A DNA stretch of 63,860 nucleotides, filler included. It is 4 parts of 4 records of this genome, joined end to end, with 100 filler letters (N's around TTAATTAATTAA, not from the genome) between each part and the next. Parts side by side here need not be neighbours in the genome. Positions count along the whole stretch, not along the records: positions 1 to 25,418 come from SRR2962707_2590; 3 more parts are not named here. One strand, given 5' to 3'. Positions 1 through 10,097 of the stretch are shown in pieces (within the stretch, counting starts at the first letter, position 1; the number at the start of each line of letters is the position of its first letter). The notes beneath the pieces are model-generated. The model was not told the origin of the DNA. It did no database searches and was given only the letters and a program-made list of their open reading frames with translations. Made by a program: the position numbers and the translations under genes.

Positions 1-1946
1 TCGGCCCAGAACATCGGGCCGCCCTTGCCGACCGGAAAGGCGTAGCCATTGATCCAGACGATGTCGATGTCGGAAGGTCTCAGCGCAATGCCTTCTTCCA
101 GAATCCGCGCACCCTCGTTGATCATCGGATAGATTGTGCGTTCCACAATCTCTGTAGCGTCGATGGTGTGGCGGTTGACGCCCAGCGCCTTGGCCTTTTC
201 CTCGATCAGCGCATCAACCCAGGGGTCGGGCTTGGCATCGCGCGGCCCGTCCTCGTAGCTGTAAAACCCCTTACCGGTTTTCTGGCCGAAGCGTCCTTCT
301 TCGCAAAGCGCGTCAAAGATCACCGCAGTCTGGCCAAGCGATTTGCGATTGCGCCAGCCGATATCCAGACCGGCCAGATCGCCCATCGCAAACGGCCCCA
401 TCAGGAAGCCAAAATCGAGAAACGCCTTGTCGACATCGGATGGCGAAGCGCCTTCAAGCAGCAGCGGTTCGTTCTCCGCCGAGCGCGCCGAGAGCATGCG
501 GTTGCCGACGAAGCCGTGGCAAACACCGACGACGACCGGCACCTTGCCGACTTGCTTGCCGAGCGCCAGCGCGGTGGCGACGACATCGGGTGCTGTTTCC
601 TTGCCGCGGACAATTTCGAGCAGCTTCATCACATTGGCGGGCGAGAAGAAATGCATGCCCAGAACGTCCGACGGGCGCTTGGTCATCTGGGCGATTTCAT
701 CAACATCCAGATAAGAGGTGTTGCTGGCCAGAATTGCACCTGGCTTCATGATCTGGTCAAGCTTGCCGAACACGTCCTTCTTGACCGACATTTCCTCGAA
801 AACGGCCTCGATGACGAGGTCGCAATCGGCGACGTCGTCATAGCTTGTCGTGGTGCTGAGCCGTCCCAGCCGCTCGTCTGCCACGGCTTGAGAAATCGAG
901 CCGCGCTTCACCGAAGTGTCATAGTTGCGGCGGATCACCGCCATCCCCCGGTCGATGGCGTCCTGGCTCATTTCCAGAATTGTGACCGGAATGCCGCCAT
1001 TGGCCAGCGCCATGGCAATGCCGCCACCCATCGTGCCGGCGCCGATGACGGCGGCCTTGCGCACCTGGCGCGGCCGCACATCCTTGCCGATACCGGGAAC
1101 CTTGTTGGCCTCGCGCTCGGCGAAGAACAGATGCCGCTGGGATTTCGACTGGTCGCCATTCATCAGCTCGATGAAGATGTCGCGTTCCTTGGCAAGTCCC
1201 TCGTCAAACGGCGTTTCGAACGCGATGCGCACCGCACGCACACATGCGTGAGGTGCATCGAGACCGCGGGCCTTCTTGGTCAGAGTGGCAGCATGCGCAT
1301 CAAAGGCGGCTGGGTCGCGGCGCGCAGCTTCGAGCTTGTCTTCCCGGTCGCGCAGAGCCGACGGCATATTTCCAGCTGCAAGATCGCGGGCGAATGCCTT
1401 GGCGTCTTCGAGAAGATCGGTCTCTGAAATGCGATCCAGAATACCGACTTTCAGGGCTTTCTGAGCAGCAACCGGATTGCCTGCAACAATGACATCAAGT
1501 GCGGCTTCCGGCCCGATCAGGCGCGGCAGCCGCTGTGTGCCACCGGCACCGGGAATGAGGCCGAGCTTGACCTCGGGCAGGCCGAGCTTGGCATCAACCG
1601 ATGCAATGCGGCCATGGCAGGAGAGTGCAACCTCAAGCCCCCCACCGAAGGCGAAGCCGTGGATAGCGGCGACAACCGGTTTGCTCATGGTTTCGCAGCG
1701 TGTGTTGACATCAGGCAGCGATGGCTCGCGCGGCGTCTTGCCGAATTCGGTAATGTCAGCGCCGCCGCTGAAGGTCCGGCCGCCGCCGGTCAGCACAACG
1801 CTGGTCACAGTGGGATCGGCTTCAGCACGGTCCATGGCTTCAATGACGCCGCGTCTGACCTCAAACCCGAACGCGTTGACCGGTGGATTGTCGATCGTGA
1901 TGACGGCGACATTCCCGTCCACCTCGTAGTTTGCATCACCTGCCAT
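1..1946 (-). CDS. Bifunctional enoyl-CoA hydratase / 3-hydroxyacyl-CoA dehydrogenase (FadB/PimF-like); 3' end runs off the window
   Basis: Read manually on the minus strand from the ATG at 1946 (RBS GGAGGA): MAGDANYEVDGNVAVITIDNPPVNAF...FSGGADITEF...GFAFGGGLEVAL...GLPEVKLGLIPGAGG; later a GAGTMGGG Rossmann motif, GMHFFSPA and the C-terminal GYAFPVGKGGPMFWA. It is absent from the ORF track because it has no stop within the window. Confidence 0.93.
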   Translation of the reverse strand, partial: MAGDANYEVDGNVAVITIDNPPVNAFGFEVRRGVIEAMDRAEADPTVTSVVLTGGGRTFSGGADITEFGKTPREPSLPDVNTRCETMSKPVVAAIHGFAFGGGLEVALSCHGRIASVDAKLGLPEVKLGLIPGAGGTQRLPRLIGPEAALDVIVAGNPVAAQKALKVGILDRISETDLLEDAKAFARDLAAGNMPSALRDREDKLEAARRDPAAFDAHAATLTKKARGLDAPHACVRAVRIAFETPFDEGLAKERDIFIELMNGDQSKSQRHLFFAEREANKVPGIGKDVRPRQVRKAAVIGAGTMGGGIAMALANGGIPVTILEMSQDAIDRGMAVIRRNYDTSVKRGSISQAVADERLGRLSTTTSYDDVADCDLVIEAVFEEMSVKKDVFGKLDQIMKPGAILASNTSYLDVDEIAQMTKRPSDVLGMHFFSPANVMKLLEIVRGKETAPDVVATALALGKQVGKVPVVVGVCHGFVGNRMLSARSAENEPLLLEGASPSDVDKAFLDFGFLMGPFAMGDLAGLDIGWRNRKSLGQTAVIFDALCEEGRFGQKTGKGFYSYEDGPRDAKPDPWVDALIEEKAKALGVNRHTIDATEIVERTIYPMINEGARILEEGIALRPSDIDIVWINGYAFPVGKGGPMFWA

Positions 1947-2898
1947 GTTGTCCTCCCTGAAAATCTCTTGGTTCTCCGCTCCGTTTTTCGAACGAGTGGA
2001 GACAATCTGTGAGTGCGGCGTTGAAAGCGTCAGCTGCCTCGTACTGGACCCAGTGTCCGGCATTGCCAATCAGTTTGAACGGAGCGTCCGGGTCGCGTCC
2101 TGCTAGCCATTCACGCCGCTCGTCAAAATAGGGAGCGGCGAGTTGATCGTGCTCGCCCCAGATCGCGGCCAGCGGCACCTTGCTCTCGTCAAGCAGTCTG
2201 GTCAGCGGCCTTGTCTGTGCTGTCGGGCGCGTGTCGTGTCGTGAGCGCTCGGCGTTGGCCTGCTGTATCAGGATTGCTGTTTCGTCAATGCAGGCCGGAT
2301 CGGCTATCATGATGGCGAGCAGGTTTTTTCTGTGCATGTCGAGACGTGCGGGGACATCTGACAAGTGACGCCAGCTCGACAAATTGACCTTTTGCCTTCG
2401 GGCTTCGAAACCCACGCCGCCGACCATCACGAACCCGCTGAGACGGTCGGCGAGCAGCCGCGCAACATAGCCGCCGATGATTCCTCCATAGGAAAATCCC
2501 ACGAGATATATGGGCCTTTCAGTGGCAAGCCGGTTGATACCTGCGACAAGGATCCGGGCCATCTGATCAGGGTCTGCTTGAGACACACTGTCTGCGGAAT
2601 CGCCAAAACCGGGAAGGTCGGGCACGATCACCCGGTAATGTGCTGAAAATGTTTCGATCTGCCGGAAGAAGTGGCTCCAGGAGCCCGAGCCGCCGTGCAA
2701 CATGACAAGCGTGGGGCCGCTGCCCCATTCACGCCAGACCGCGAAGCCGTCTCGCGTGGATATTTCGAAGCGGCGGGATGCGCGGTCGAGCTTGAGGACA
2801 GGTTCGAAAGCAGCATCAACGGACCAGATCGGGGAGGGCTCGTTGGGGCCTTCTCCGGGAATTTCATGCAGGGTTCTGACCTCCTCAAGCGTTCGCAA
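1936..2898 (-). CDS. Alpha/beta-fold hydrolase
   Basis: HGGSG oxyanion motif, DLPGFGDS, nucleophile elbow GFSYGG and catalytic-His motif AGHWVQYE. The stop overlaps the start of the FadB-like gene. The start is uncertain: TTG at 2898 follows GGGAGG, while the ORF track extends to 2967. Confidence 0.85.
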   Translation of the reverse strand: MRTLEEVRTLHEIPGEGPNEPSPIWSVDAAFEPVLKLDRASRRFEISTRDGFAVWREWGSGPTLVMLHGGSGSWSHFFRQIETFSAHYRVIVPDLPGFGDSADSVSQADPDQMARILVAGINRLATERPIYLVGFSYGGIIGGYVARLLADRLSGFVMVGGVGFEARRQKVNLSSWRHLSDVPARLDMHRKNLLAIMIADPACIDETAILIQQANAERSRHDTRPTAQTRPLTRLLDESKVPLAAIWGEHDQLAAPYFDERREWLAGRDPDAPFKLIGNAGHWVQYEAADAFNAALTDCLHSFEKRSGEPRDFQGGQHGR

Positions 2899-2910
2899 AA
2901 AACCTCCCAG

Positions 2911-2925
2911 TTTCGCAATGCGAAA
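2911..2925. promoter_or_regulatory. Perfect palindrome TTTCGCA-A-TGCGAAA, probable IclR operator
   Basis: 15-bp inverted repeat in the divergent promoter region between the hydrolase and the IclR gene. Confidence 0.65.
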
Positions 2926-2996
2926 TTTAATTTTATTATTTGACCTCACTGCTAGAATGTGATGCATTGTTTGTCAACAAAGGGAGGAGCGGCTGC

Positions 2997-3908
2997 ATGA
3001 CAGCCAATGCACGTGGCGTCGTCGGTGACGTCGCCACTGACAAATCGAGCCATTCTCACGACGGTGACCGCAAGTTCGTAACCGCGCTTGCCCGGGGCCT
3101 TGAGGTGTTGCGCTGCTTCCATCCGCGTGACGGATTTCTGAGCAATCAGGAGATTGCCGAACGCACCGGGTTGCCCAAGCCAACTGTCACCCGGCTTACC
3201 TATACTCTGTGTGAACTCGGTTATCTGATGCAGATCCCCCGGCTCGGCAAATACCAGCTCGCGCCCGGCACCATCACGCTGGGCTATGCAGCGCTTGCCA
3301 ATCTCGGCATCCGCCACGTAGCCCGTGATTTCATGGACCAGGCAGCGGAGTTGCTCGCCGCTCCAGTTGCTCTGGGTGTTCTTGACCGCAACAAGGCGCT
3401 TTACGTCGGTATCTCGCGCGGTTCTGCGACGTTTACCGTGCAGCTTGAAATAGGCTCGCGCATTCCACTGGTCGAAACGGCCATGGGGCGCGCGCTGCTG
3501 GTCAGCCTGCCCGAGGCGGAGCGCGAGGAGCATCTGCTGCTTGCCGTCGAGAGGCATCCTGACAAAGGCATGCTGATGCGCAAGACAATGGACAAGGCGG
3601 TTGCTGACTACGAGCAATACGGTTTTGTCGTCTCCACGGGTGAGTGGCGGCCGGACATTTTCGCCGCCGGGGCTCCCCTCGTAGCCGCTGACGGGTCGGG
3701 AACCTACGCATTCAATTGTGGCGCGCCGCCGCATCACTTCCCGTCCGAGCGTCTTTACAATGAAGTCGGACCGGTGATGGCAGCACTTGTCAAAGTCGTT
3801 GACGATGCCCTGAACGGACGACGGCCACACAGACCTGATGAGAATTGGATGCCGCCAGCGAGAGCAGGCGGCTCACACGACAATAGACCGGAGCATGGAG
3901 GACCCTGA
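2997..3908 (+). CDS. IclR-family transcriptional regulator
   Basis: FVTALARGLEVLRCF...IAERTGLPKPTVTRLTYTL HTH and C-terminal GSRIPL.TAMGRA effector domain. RBS GGGAGGAG precedes the ATG at 2997. TGATG overlap with the next gene. Confidence 0.93.
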   Translation: MTANARGVVGDVATDKSSHSHDGDRKFVTALARGLEVLRCFHPRDGFLSNQEIAERTGLPKPTVTRLTYTLCELGYLMQIPRLGKYQLAPGTITLGYAALANLGIRHVARDFMDQAAELLAAPVALGVLDRNKALYVGISRGSATFTVQLEIGSRIPLVETAMGRALLVSLPEAEREEHLLLAVERHPDKGMLMRKTMDKAVADYEQYGFVVSTGEWRPDIFAAGAPLVAADGSGTYAFNCGAPPHHFPSERLYNEVGPVMAALVKVVDDALNGRRPHRPDENWMPPARAGGSHDNRPEHGGP

Positions 3909-4699
3909 TGCAAGCCCAAACCGCCAGCTCGCCACCCCAACTTGCCGTGCGCGACGTGGTCGTGCGTTTTGGAGGAATCGTTGCGCTGGATGGCATCGCC
4001 TTCGATCTGCACAAAGGCCAGATCCTCGGCCTGATCGGTCCCAATGGAGCTGGCAAGACCACGCTCTTCAATTGTCTGAGCAGACTCTACACGCCGGCGT
4101 CCGGTGACATTCTCTATGACGGCACCTCCGTACTCGCCAAGCGACCGCACCAGATGCCTGCCGTCGGGATTGGCCGCTCTTTCCAGAATGTGGCGCTGTT
4201 TCAGCGTATGACGGTACGTGACAATATTCGGGTCGGTGCGCATGCCACCAGCCGCAGCGATTTCCTTTCCGATGCGCTTCATCTGCCTTGGGTCCGGCGC
4301 CAGGAAGCCGAAGTTGATGCGACCGTCAGCGAATTGATCGACTATCTCGAACTTGGCGATGTTGCCGATCTGCCGGTGGACGGGCTTCCGTTCGGAACCC
4401 GCAAGCGGGTGGAGATTGCCCGCGCGCTGGCGGCCAAGCCGGGTGTGCTTCTGCTCGACGAACCGGCGGGCGGGCTCAACCATGATGAGGTCGGCGAACT
4501 CGGGCGTCTGATCCGCAGCATCCGCGATGACCGCGGCGTCACCGTGCTACTGGTTGAACACCACATGGGGCTGGTGATGTCGATCTCGGACAAGGTCGTA
4601 GTGCTCAGTTTCGGCCGCAAGATTGCCGAGGGCACACCGGCTGAAGTGCAGCAAAACCCCGACGTGATCGCCGCTTACCTGGGAGGTCCAGCCGAATGA
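3908..4699 (+). CDS. livG: Branched-chain amino acid-type ABC transporter ATP-binding protein (LivG-like)
   Basis: GPNGAGKTT Walker A, LLLDEPAGG Walker B, VEHHM and IAEGTPAEVQQNPDVIAAYLG. Confidence 0.92.
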   Translation: MQAQTASSPPQLAVRDVVVRFGGIVALDGIAFDLHKGQILGLIGPNGAGKTTLFNCLSRLYTPASGDILYDGTSVLAKRPHQMPAVGIGRSFQNVALFQRMTVRDNIRVGAHATSRSDFLSDALHLPWVRRQEAEVDATVSELIDYLELGDVADLPVDGLPFGTRKRVEIARALAAKPGVLLLDEPAGGLNHDEVGELGRLIRSIRDDRGVTVLLVEHHMGLVMSISDKVVVLSFGRKIAEGTPAEVQQNPDVIAAYLGGPAE

Positions 4700-5409
4700 G
4701 CATGCTACTCGAAGTCACCGGCCTGCACGCCTCCTACGGCGATTTCCGTGTTCTGCACGGCCTCGATTTCTCAGTGGAGAAGGGCGGCATCTCGACGCTT
4801 CTCGGCGCCAACGGTGCCGGCAAGACCACGACGCTCCGGGCCTTGTGTGGAATGATCAAGCGCTCCGGCAATATCCGCTTCGAAGGTGTCGATATCAGTG
4901 GCAAGGCGACCGAGGACATCGTTCGTCTGGGTGTGGCTCACGTTCCCGAAGGACGCGGGACCTTCACCGGTCTGACCACCGAAGAAAATCTGCAATGCGG
5001 CGCCATGACACGCCGCTCGCGTGCTGACATCGCGCGAGATCTCGAACAGGCCTACCATTGGTTTCCGCGGCTGCGCGAACGGCGCAACCAGCAGGCAGGC
5101 ACTCTTTCCGGCGGTGAACAGCAGATGCTGGCCATTGCCCGTGCGCTGATGCTGCGTCCGCGCCTGATGCTGCTTGACGAGCCGTCGTTCGGCCTCGCTC
5201 CGCTGATTGTCCAGGAAATGTTCTCGATCCTGCGCAAGGTCAATCAGGAGGAGCAGGTCTCCATGCTGATTGTCGAACAGAACGCCGGCGTGGTTCTCGA
5301 ACTCGCCGATACCGCCTTTGTTCTTGAGACCGGCGACATTGTGATGTCGGGAACCGCCGCGGAAGTCCGCGACAACGAAACCATTCGCGCCGCCTATCTC
5401 GGCTACTGA
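4696..5409 (+). CDS. livF: ABC transporter ATP-binding protein (LivF-like)
   Basis: GANGAGKTT, LSGGEQQMLAIARAL and LLDEPSFGLAP. Confidence 0.93.
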   Translation: MSMLLEVTGLHASYGDFRVLHGLDFSVEKGGISTLLGANGAGKTTTLRALCGMIKRSGNIRFEGVDISGKATEDIVRLGVAHVPEGRGTFTGLTTEENLQCGAMTRRSRADIARDLEQAYHWFPRLRERRNQQAGTLSGGEQQMLAIARALMLRPRLMLLDEPSFGLAPLIVQEMFSILRKVNQEEQVSMLIVEQNAGVVLELADTAFVLETGDIVMSGTAAEVRDNETIRAAYLGY

Positions 5410-5419
5410 GGGAGACACG

Positions 5420-6295
5420 ATGGAGCTTCTGGCACAACAACTCATCACCGGCATTGCAACCGGCGGAATCTATGCCTGCATGGCACTCGCCGTCGTGATG
5501 ATCTATCAGGCAATCCATCATCTGAATTTCGCCCAGGGCGAAATGGCGATGTTCTCCACTTTCGTCGCCTGGCAGATGCTGGCCTGGGGCGTTCCCTACT
5601 GGCTGGTGATCCCGTTGACGGTGGCGCTGTCTTTCGTCGGCGGCGTGGCAATCGAACGCCTCATCATCCGCCCGCTTGGCGATGCGCCGGTGCTCAGCCA
5701 TATCGTCGTGTTCATCGGCCTGTTTGCGGTTATCAACAGTCTGGCCGGGTTCATCTGGGATTTCACCATCAAGCCGTTCCCCAGCGCCTTTGGCGAAGGC
5801 TCACAGTTTGGTGGTCTGATCAGCAATCACCAGATTGGCATGATCGCGGTCACCATGACCGTGCTGGTGATGCTGTTCCTGTTCTTCCAGTACACACGGG
5901 TCGGCCTTGCGATGCGTGCCGCAGCAGAAAACCCGGCATCCGCCCGTCTGGTCGGAATCCGCGTTGGCTGGATGATCGCGCTCGGCTGGGGCATGGCGTC
6001 GGCAATCGGCGCTATCGCCGGAATTCTGATCGCACCAATTGTGTTTCTTGAACCGAACATGATGCTGTCGATCCTGCTTTATGGTTTCGCCGGAGCGGTG
6101 CTCGGCGGCCTGACCAGCCCAACCGGCGCCGTGTTCGGGGGCTTCATGGTCGGCATCATCGAAAACCTTGCGGGCACCTACATTCCGGAGATCGGCGGCG
6201 AACTCAAACTTCCCATAGCGCTGTTCCTGATCGTCACCGTTCTGGTGTTCAAACCCACCGGCCTGTTCGGCCGCACTGTCGTACAGAGGGTCTGA
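5420..6295 (+). CDS. livH: ABC transporter permease (LivH-like)
   Basis: Hydrophobic protein with LNFAQGE, TRVGLAMRAAAEN and KPTGLFG motifs. Confidence 0.92.
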   Translation: MELLAQQLITGIATGGIYACMALAVVMIYQAIHHLNFAQGEMAMFSTFVAWQMLAWGVPYWLVIPLTVALSFVGGVAIERLIIRPLGDAPVLSHIVVFIGLFAVINSLAGFIWDFTIKPFPSAFGEGSQFGGLISNHQIGMIAVTMTVLVMLFLFFQYTRVGLAMRAAAENPASARLVGIRVGWMIALGWGMASAIGAIAGILIAPIVFLEPNMMLSILLYGFAGAVLGGLTSPTGAVFGGFMVGIIENLAGTYIPEIGGELKLPIALFLIVTVLVFKPTGLFGRTVVQRV

Positions 6296-6298
6296 AAC

Positions 6299-7360
6299 AT
6301 GTCCGCAAACACCACCACCACCGGCGAGGGCCAGGCTGCAGCAAGTCCGGCTGCACCAAGCAAGGGCGTCAGCTTGCCTGAGCCCGCCGCAGCCACCAGC
6401 AACGCCAGGATCATGCGGACGGCGGGCGTTGTTCTGCTCGTAATCGGCATTGCAGCACCCTTCGTGGCCGGCAACTTCCTGATCTTCCAGCTCACCATGA
6501 TGTTGATCTATGCGATCGCCATTCTCGGGCTGAACATCCTGACCGGGATCAATGGCCAGTTTTCACTCGGTCATGGCGCCTTTTATGCGGTCGGCGCCTA
6601 CACAGCTGCCATCATGATGGACCAGTTTGGTATCGGCTATCTGTGGACACTGCCTGTGGCCGGAATAGTCTGCTTTATTGTTGGCTTTCTGTTCGGTCTG
6701 CCGGCGCTCCGCCTGGAAGGTGTTTACCTCGCGCTGGCCACCTTTGCGCTTGCCGTCGTCACGCCGCAGCTGTTCAAGCTGTCGCCGTTCGAGCACTGGA
6801 CCAGCGGCGTCATGGGCATTGTCATTTCCAAGCCTGAAGCCCCGTTCGGGCTGCCGCTCAATCCAGACCAATGGCTCTATTTCCTGACCTTTGCAGTGGG
6901 CCTGCTTGCTTATGTCTGTGCCAGAAATCTGGTTGGCAGCCGCACCGGGCGCGCCCTGATGGCAATCCGCGACAATCCGATTGCGGCCGGCTCAATGGGT
7001 GTGAACACGGCCCTTTTTAAATCTCTGGCATTTGGCGTCAGCGCTCTCTACACCGGCGTTGCTGGCGCGCTCGGCGCCATTGTCGTTCAATACATTTCCC
7101 CTGATTCCTTTACCTTCACGCTTTCCGTGGCTCTCGTGGTCGGCCTCGTCGTCGGCGGCGTCGGCTGGCTGCCCGGCGCACTGTTCGGCGGAGCCTTCAT
7201 CATGTTCGTCCCCAACATTGCCGAGGAGCTGTCCAAAGGCCTGTCGGGAGCGGTCTACGGCGCCATCATGATCCTCATGATGTACGCGATACCAACCGGG
7301 CTGGGAGGCCTGTTGAAGGCGGCGCTGACGGCGTTGTCCAAGCGGAGTAAGACTAGGTAG
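6299..7360 (+). CDS. livM: ABC transporter permease (LivM-like)
   Basis: GQFSLGHGAFYAVGAY, LRLEGVYLALAT and SRTGRALMAIRDN motifs. Confidence 0.92.
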   Translation: MSANTTTTGEGQAAASPAAPSKGVSLPEPAAATSNARIMRTAGVVLLVIGIAAPFVAGNFLIFQLTMMLIYAIAILGLNILTGINGQFSLGHGAFYAVGAYTAAIMMDQFGIGYLWTLPVAGIVCFIVGFLFGLPALRLEGVYLALATFALAVVTPQLFKLSPFEHWTSGVMGIVISKPEAPFGLPLNPDQWLYFLTFAVGLLAYVCARNLVGSRTGRALMAIRDNPIAAGSMGVNTALFKSLAFGVSALYTGVAGALGAIVVQYISPDSFTFTLSVALVVGLVVGGVGWLPGALFGGAFIMFVPNIAEELSKGLSGAVYGAIMILMMYAIPTGLGGLLKAALTALSKRSKTR

Positions 7361-7383
7361 TGCAACCTTAATGGGAGGAAACC

Positions 7384-8610
7384 ATGCACATGAGACGTAA
7401 CATACTGAAATATGTGGGGGCCGGACTTGTTGTAAGCTCCAGCCTGGCATTTCCTGCAATCGGCCAGGCAGCAGACATGCCCGGCGTCACCGACACCGAA
7501 ATCAAGATCGGCAATATCGCGCCCTACAGCGGACCGGCATCGGCCTACTCGACCATTGCCAAGACGATTTCCGCTTACTTCGACAAGGTCAACGAAGAGG
7601 GCGGGATCAACGGACGCAAGATCAACTTCCTGTCCTATGATGATGGCTACTCGCCGCCCAAGGCAGTGGAACAGGCGCGCAAGCTGGTCGAAAGCGATGA
7701 GGCGCTTTTGATCTTCCAGTCCCTCGGTACGCCATCGAATTCGGCCATTGAAAAATACATGAACATGAAGAAGGTGCCGCAGCTTCTCGTTGCGACAGGA
7801 GCCACCAAGTTTGGTGCTCCGAAAGACTTCCCGTGGACCATGGGTTGGCAGCCCAACTACCAGAGCGAAGGCATCATCTACGGTCGCTGGATAGCTACCG
7901 AAATGCCCGATGCAAAGATCGGCGTCATGTACCAGAACGACGATTTCGGCAAGGACGTGCTAGCTGGATTGAAGGTCGGACTTGGTGACAAGGCGGACAT
8001 GATCATCGCCGAGGCTTCCTATGAGGTTGCCGAGCCAGTGGTGGATTCGCAGGTCGTCAAACTCAAGGCCTCCGGCGCCAATGTGTTCGTCAACATTGCA
8101 ACACCGAAATTCGCCGCTCAGGGGATCAAGAAAGCCCATGAGATCGGCTGGGATGCAACCCAGATCGTAGCCAACGTGTCCAACTCGGTCGGCGCGGTTC
8201 TCACACCTGCCGGTCTGGAAGCCTCGACCGGTCTGATTTCGACTGCCTACCTCAAGGACATGCAGGATCCGCAGTGGGCGGACGATCCGGCCGTGAAAGA
8301 CTGGAACGCCTTCATGGACAAGTACTATCCGGACGGCAACAAGCTTTCGAGCTTCACCACCTACGGTTATTCGGTGGCACAGACCATGACGCATATCCTG
8401 GAACAGGCCGGCGACGACCTGACCCGTGAAAACGTGCTCAAGCAGGCTGCCAGCATGAAGGACGTCACGCTTCCTCTGTTCCTGCCCGGTATGTCGATGA
8501 ACACGTCGGAAACGGATTACTTCCCGATCGAACAGATGCAGTTGATGAAGTTCAACGGCGAGCGTTGGGAAAACTTCGGCGAAATCATCTCCGGTGAAGT
8601 TGGCGGCTGA
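7384..8610 (+). CDS. ABC substrate-binding protein (LivK / type I PBP fold; aliphatic/aromatic acid-binding subfamily)
   Basis: Signal peptide, GVTDTEIKIG, GGINGRKI and YDDGYSPPKAVEQARKL; last gene of the liv-like operon. Confidence 0.9.
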   Translation: MHMRRNILKYVGAGLVVSSSLAFPAIGQAADMPGVTDTEIKIGNIAPYSGPASAYSTIAKTISAYFDKVNEEGGINGRKINFLSYDDGYSPPKAVEQARKLVESDEALLIFQSLGTPSNSAIEKYMNMKKVPQLLVATGATKFGAPKDFPWTMGWQPNYQSEGIIYGRWIATEMPDAKIGVMYQNDDFGKDVLAGLKVGLGDKADMIIAEASYEVAEPVVDSQVVKLKASGANVFVNIATPKFAAQGIKKAHEIGWDATQIVANVSNSVGAVLTPAGLEASTGLISTAYLKDMQDPQWADDPAVKDWNAFMDKYYPDGNKLSSFTTYGYSVAQTMTHILEQAGDDLTRENVLKQAASMKDVTLPLFLPGMSMNTSETDYFPIEQMQLMKFNGERWENFGEIISGEVGG

Positions 8611-8636
8611 TCCGCTTTCAAAAGACCGAACTCAAA

Positions 8637-8669
8637 GCGCCGGGCTCCAGCAATGGGATCCGGCGTTTT
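8637..8669 (+). terminator. Putative intrinsic terminator
   Basis: GCGCCGGGCTCC-AGCAAT-GGGATCCGGCGT imperfect hairpin followed by Ts, just after the SBP stop. Confidence 0.5.
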
Positions 8670-8762
8670 ACGTGCAGGAGTTCTTGGCGAAATGGTCAAG
8701 CAGTCCGGGCCTCACATCTGCCCGTCTCGGGGAACCATGTGCAGCCATGGACCTTGAGTGAT

Positions 8763-9704
8763 TCATCCCATGGTGATGCCGTTCGCGAAAACATAGACTG
8801 CATAAAGTGATGTCGTGCCACAGATGAACAGCCGATTGCGCTTTGCGCCACCAAAAGTCAGATTGGCGACGATCTCGGGAATACGGATCTTGCCGATCAG
8901 CGTGCCGTCGGGATCGTAGCAATGCACGCCGTCAAAGGCGCTGGTCCAGATGCGGCCTTCGCGATCGACGCGGAAGCCGTCAAAGAAACCGGCGGTGCAG
9001 GATGCAAAAACGTCCCCGCCGCTGAGGGATCCGTAGTCTCCCACGTCGAAACGGCGAATATGGGCCGGTCCGCCCTGCAGGTGGGTTGCACCCGTATCGG
9101 AGATGTAGAGATGTTTCTCGTCCGGTGAGAACGCCAGCCCATTGGGTTGAACGAAATCATCCGTCATCTGGTGCCGGGGCCCGTCCGCCGGATCAATCCG
9201 GTAGACATGATTGCCTGTCAGCTCCGGAGTGCAAATGTCACCTTCATAATCTGTGAGAATGCCGTAGCTGGGATCTGAAAACCAGATCGACCCGTCCGAA
9301 TGCACAACCACGTCATTGGGCGAGTTGAGCCGCTTGCCGCCAAAGTTGTCAGCCAGCACGGTAATCGTGCCGTCATGTTCCGTGCGTGTCACACGACGGG
9401 TCAGATGCTCGCAGGTGACAAGCCTCCCCTGGCGGTCCACGGTGTTGCCGTTTGAATTGTTGGATGGCGACCGGAACACCGATGTCGAGCCGTCGGTTTC
9501 GTCCCACCGCATCATCCGGTTGTTGGGAATATCCGACCAGACCAGGTAGCGTCCGGCGGCAAACCACGCCGGCCCCTCACACCACCGCGCGCCGGTCCAC
9601 AGGCGTTCGACATGGATATGCGGAGCAAACAGGGCTGTAAAACGCGGATCAATCACCTCAAAGCCGGTCCCATCCAATGGGCCGATTACCGGATCTGTCG
9701 TCAT
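8763..9704 (-). CDS. SMP-30/gluconolactonase/LRE family protein
   Basis: WCEGPAW, SNGNTVDRQGRLVTCEH, LNSPNDVVV, PNGLAFSPDE and FDGFRVD motifs; RBS GGAGGA before the ATG at 9704. Confidence 0.92.
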   Translation of the reverse strand: MTTDPVIGPLDGTGFEVIDPRFTALFAPHIHVERLWTGARWCEGPAWFAAGRYLVWSDIPNNRMMRWDETDGSTSVFRSPSNNSNGNTVDRQGRLVTCEHLTRRVTRTEHDGTITVLADNFGGKRLNSPNDVVVHSDGSIWFSDPSYGILTDYEGDICTPELTGNHVYRIDPADGPRHQMTDDFVQPNGLAFSPDEKHLYISDTGATHLQGGPAHIRRFDVGDYGSLSGGDVFASCTAGFFDGFRVDREGRIWTSAFDGVHCYDPDGTLIGKIRIPEIVANLTFGGAKRNRLFICGTTSLYAVYVFANGITMG

Positions 9705-10097
9705 GTCGCATTCCTCCAATTCGCGGATCGCCACCCGCACTGCCGCGGGGGCAAGGCCTGGGCAGCCAATTTGGGACGTATGTCCAATTCCATGGTGAGT
9801 TTACCAGAGGCCTTGCCGGAGGAAAGAGCTCAATCCTGAGGGGGAGGATTACGTTGGAGCCTTATTCATCGCCTGACTGCACAGAGAACCTTGTTCAACC
9901 CAATCGATGTTGTCAAACTCCGGCGGCGGTCTTCGGCGGCCCAGGAGAACTGAATGTCAACGGCGAGCCCGCAATCCGGGCTGTCTTCCCTTTATAGCCT
10001 TCCGGGTGATTGTCGAATGTTGAGATTGTACAATTGCCACGAGCGTTGACATTTGCCTAGTATGAATACATTGTCGGTCCAGACAAGGGAGGCATCT

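Noticed and set aside
168-2012. Long plus-strand ORFs (168-1427, 1477-1929, 1614-2012)
   Set aside because: They are antisense shadows of the minus-strand FadB-like gene. The same applies to most overlapping ORFs in the track, which are expected in GC-rich DNA.
8763-9704. Gluconolactonase as part of the RLP pathway
   Set aside because: It is divergent and about 390 bp away, has no clear copy of the shared operator near its start, and the proposed route has no lactone step. Left unassigned.
9855-9997. Small TTG-start ORF with a GGAGG RBS upstream of the transketolase
   Set aside because: It is 47 codons long with no recognisable motif and cannot be supported as a gene.
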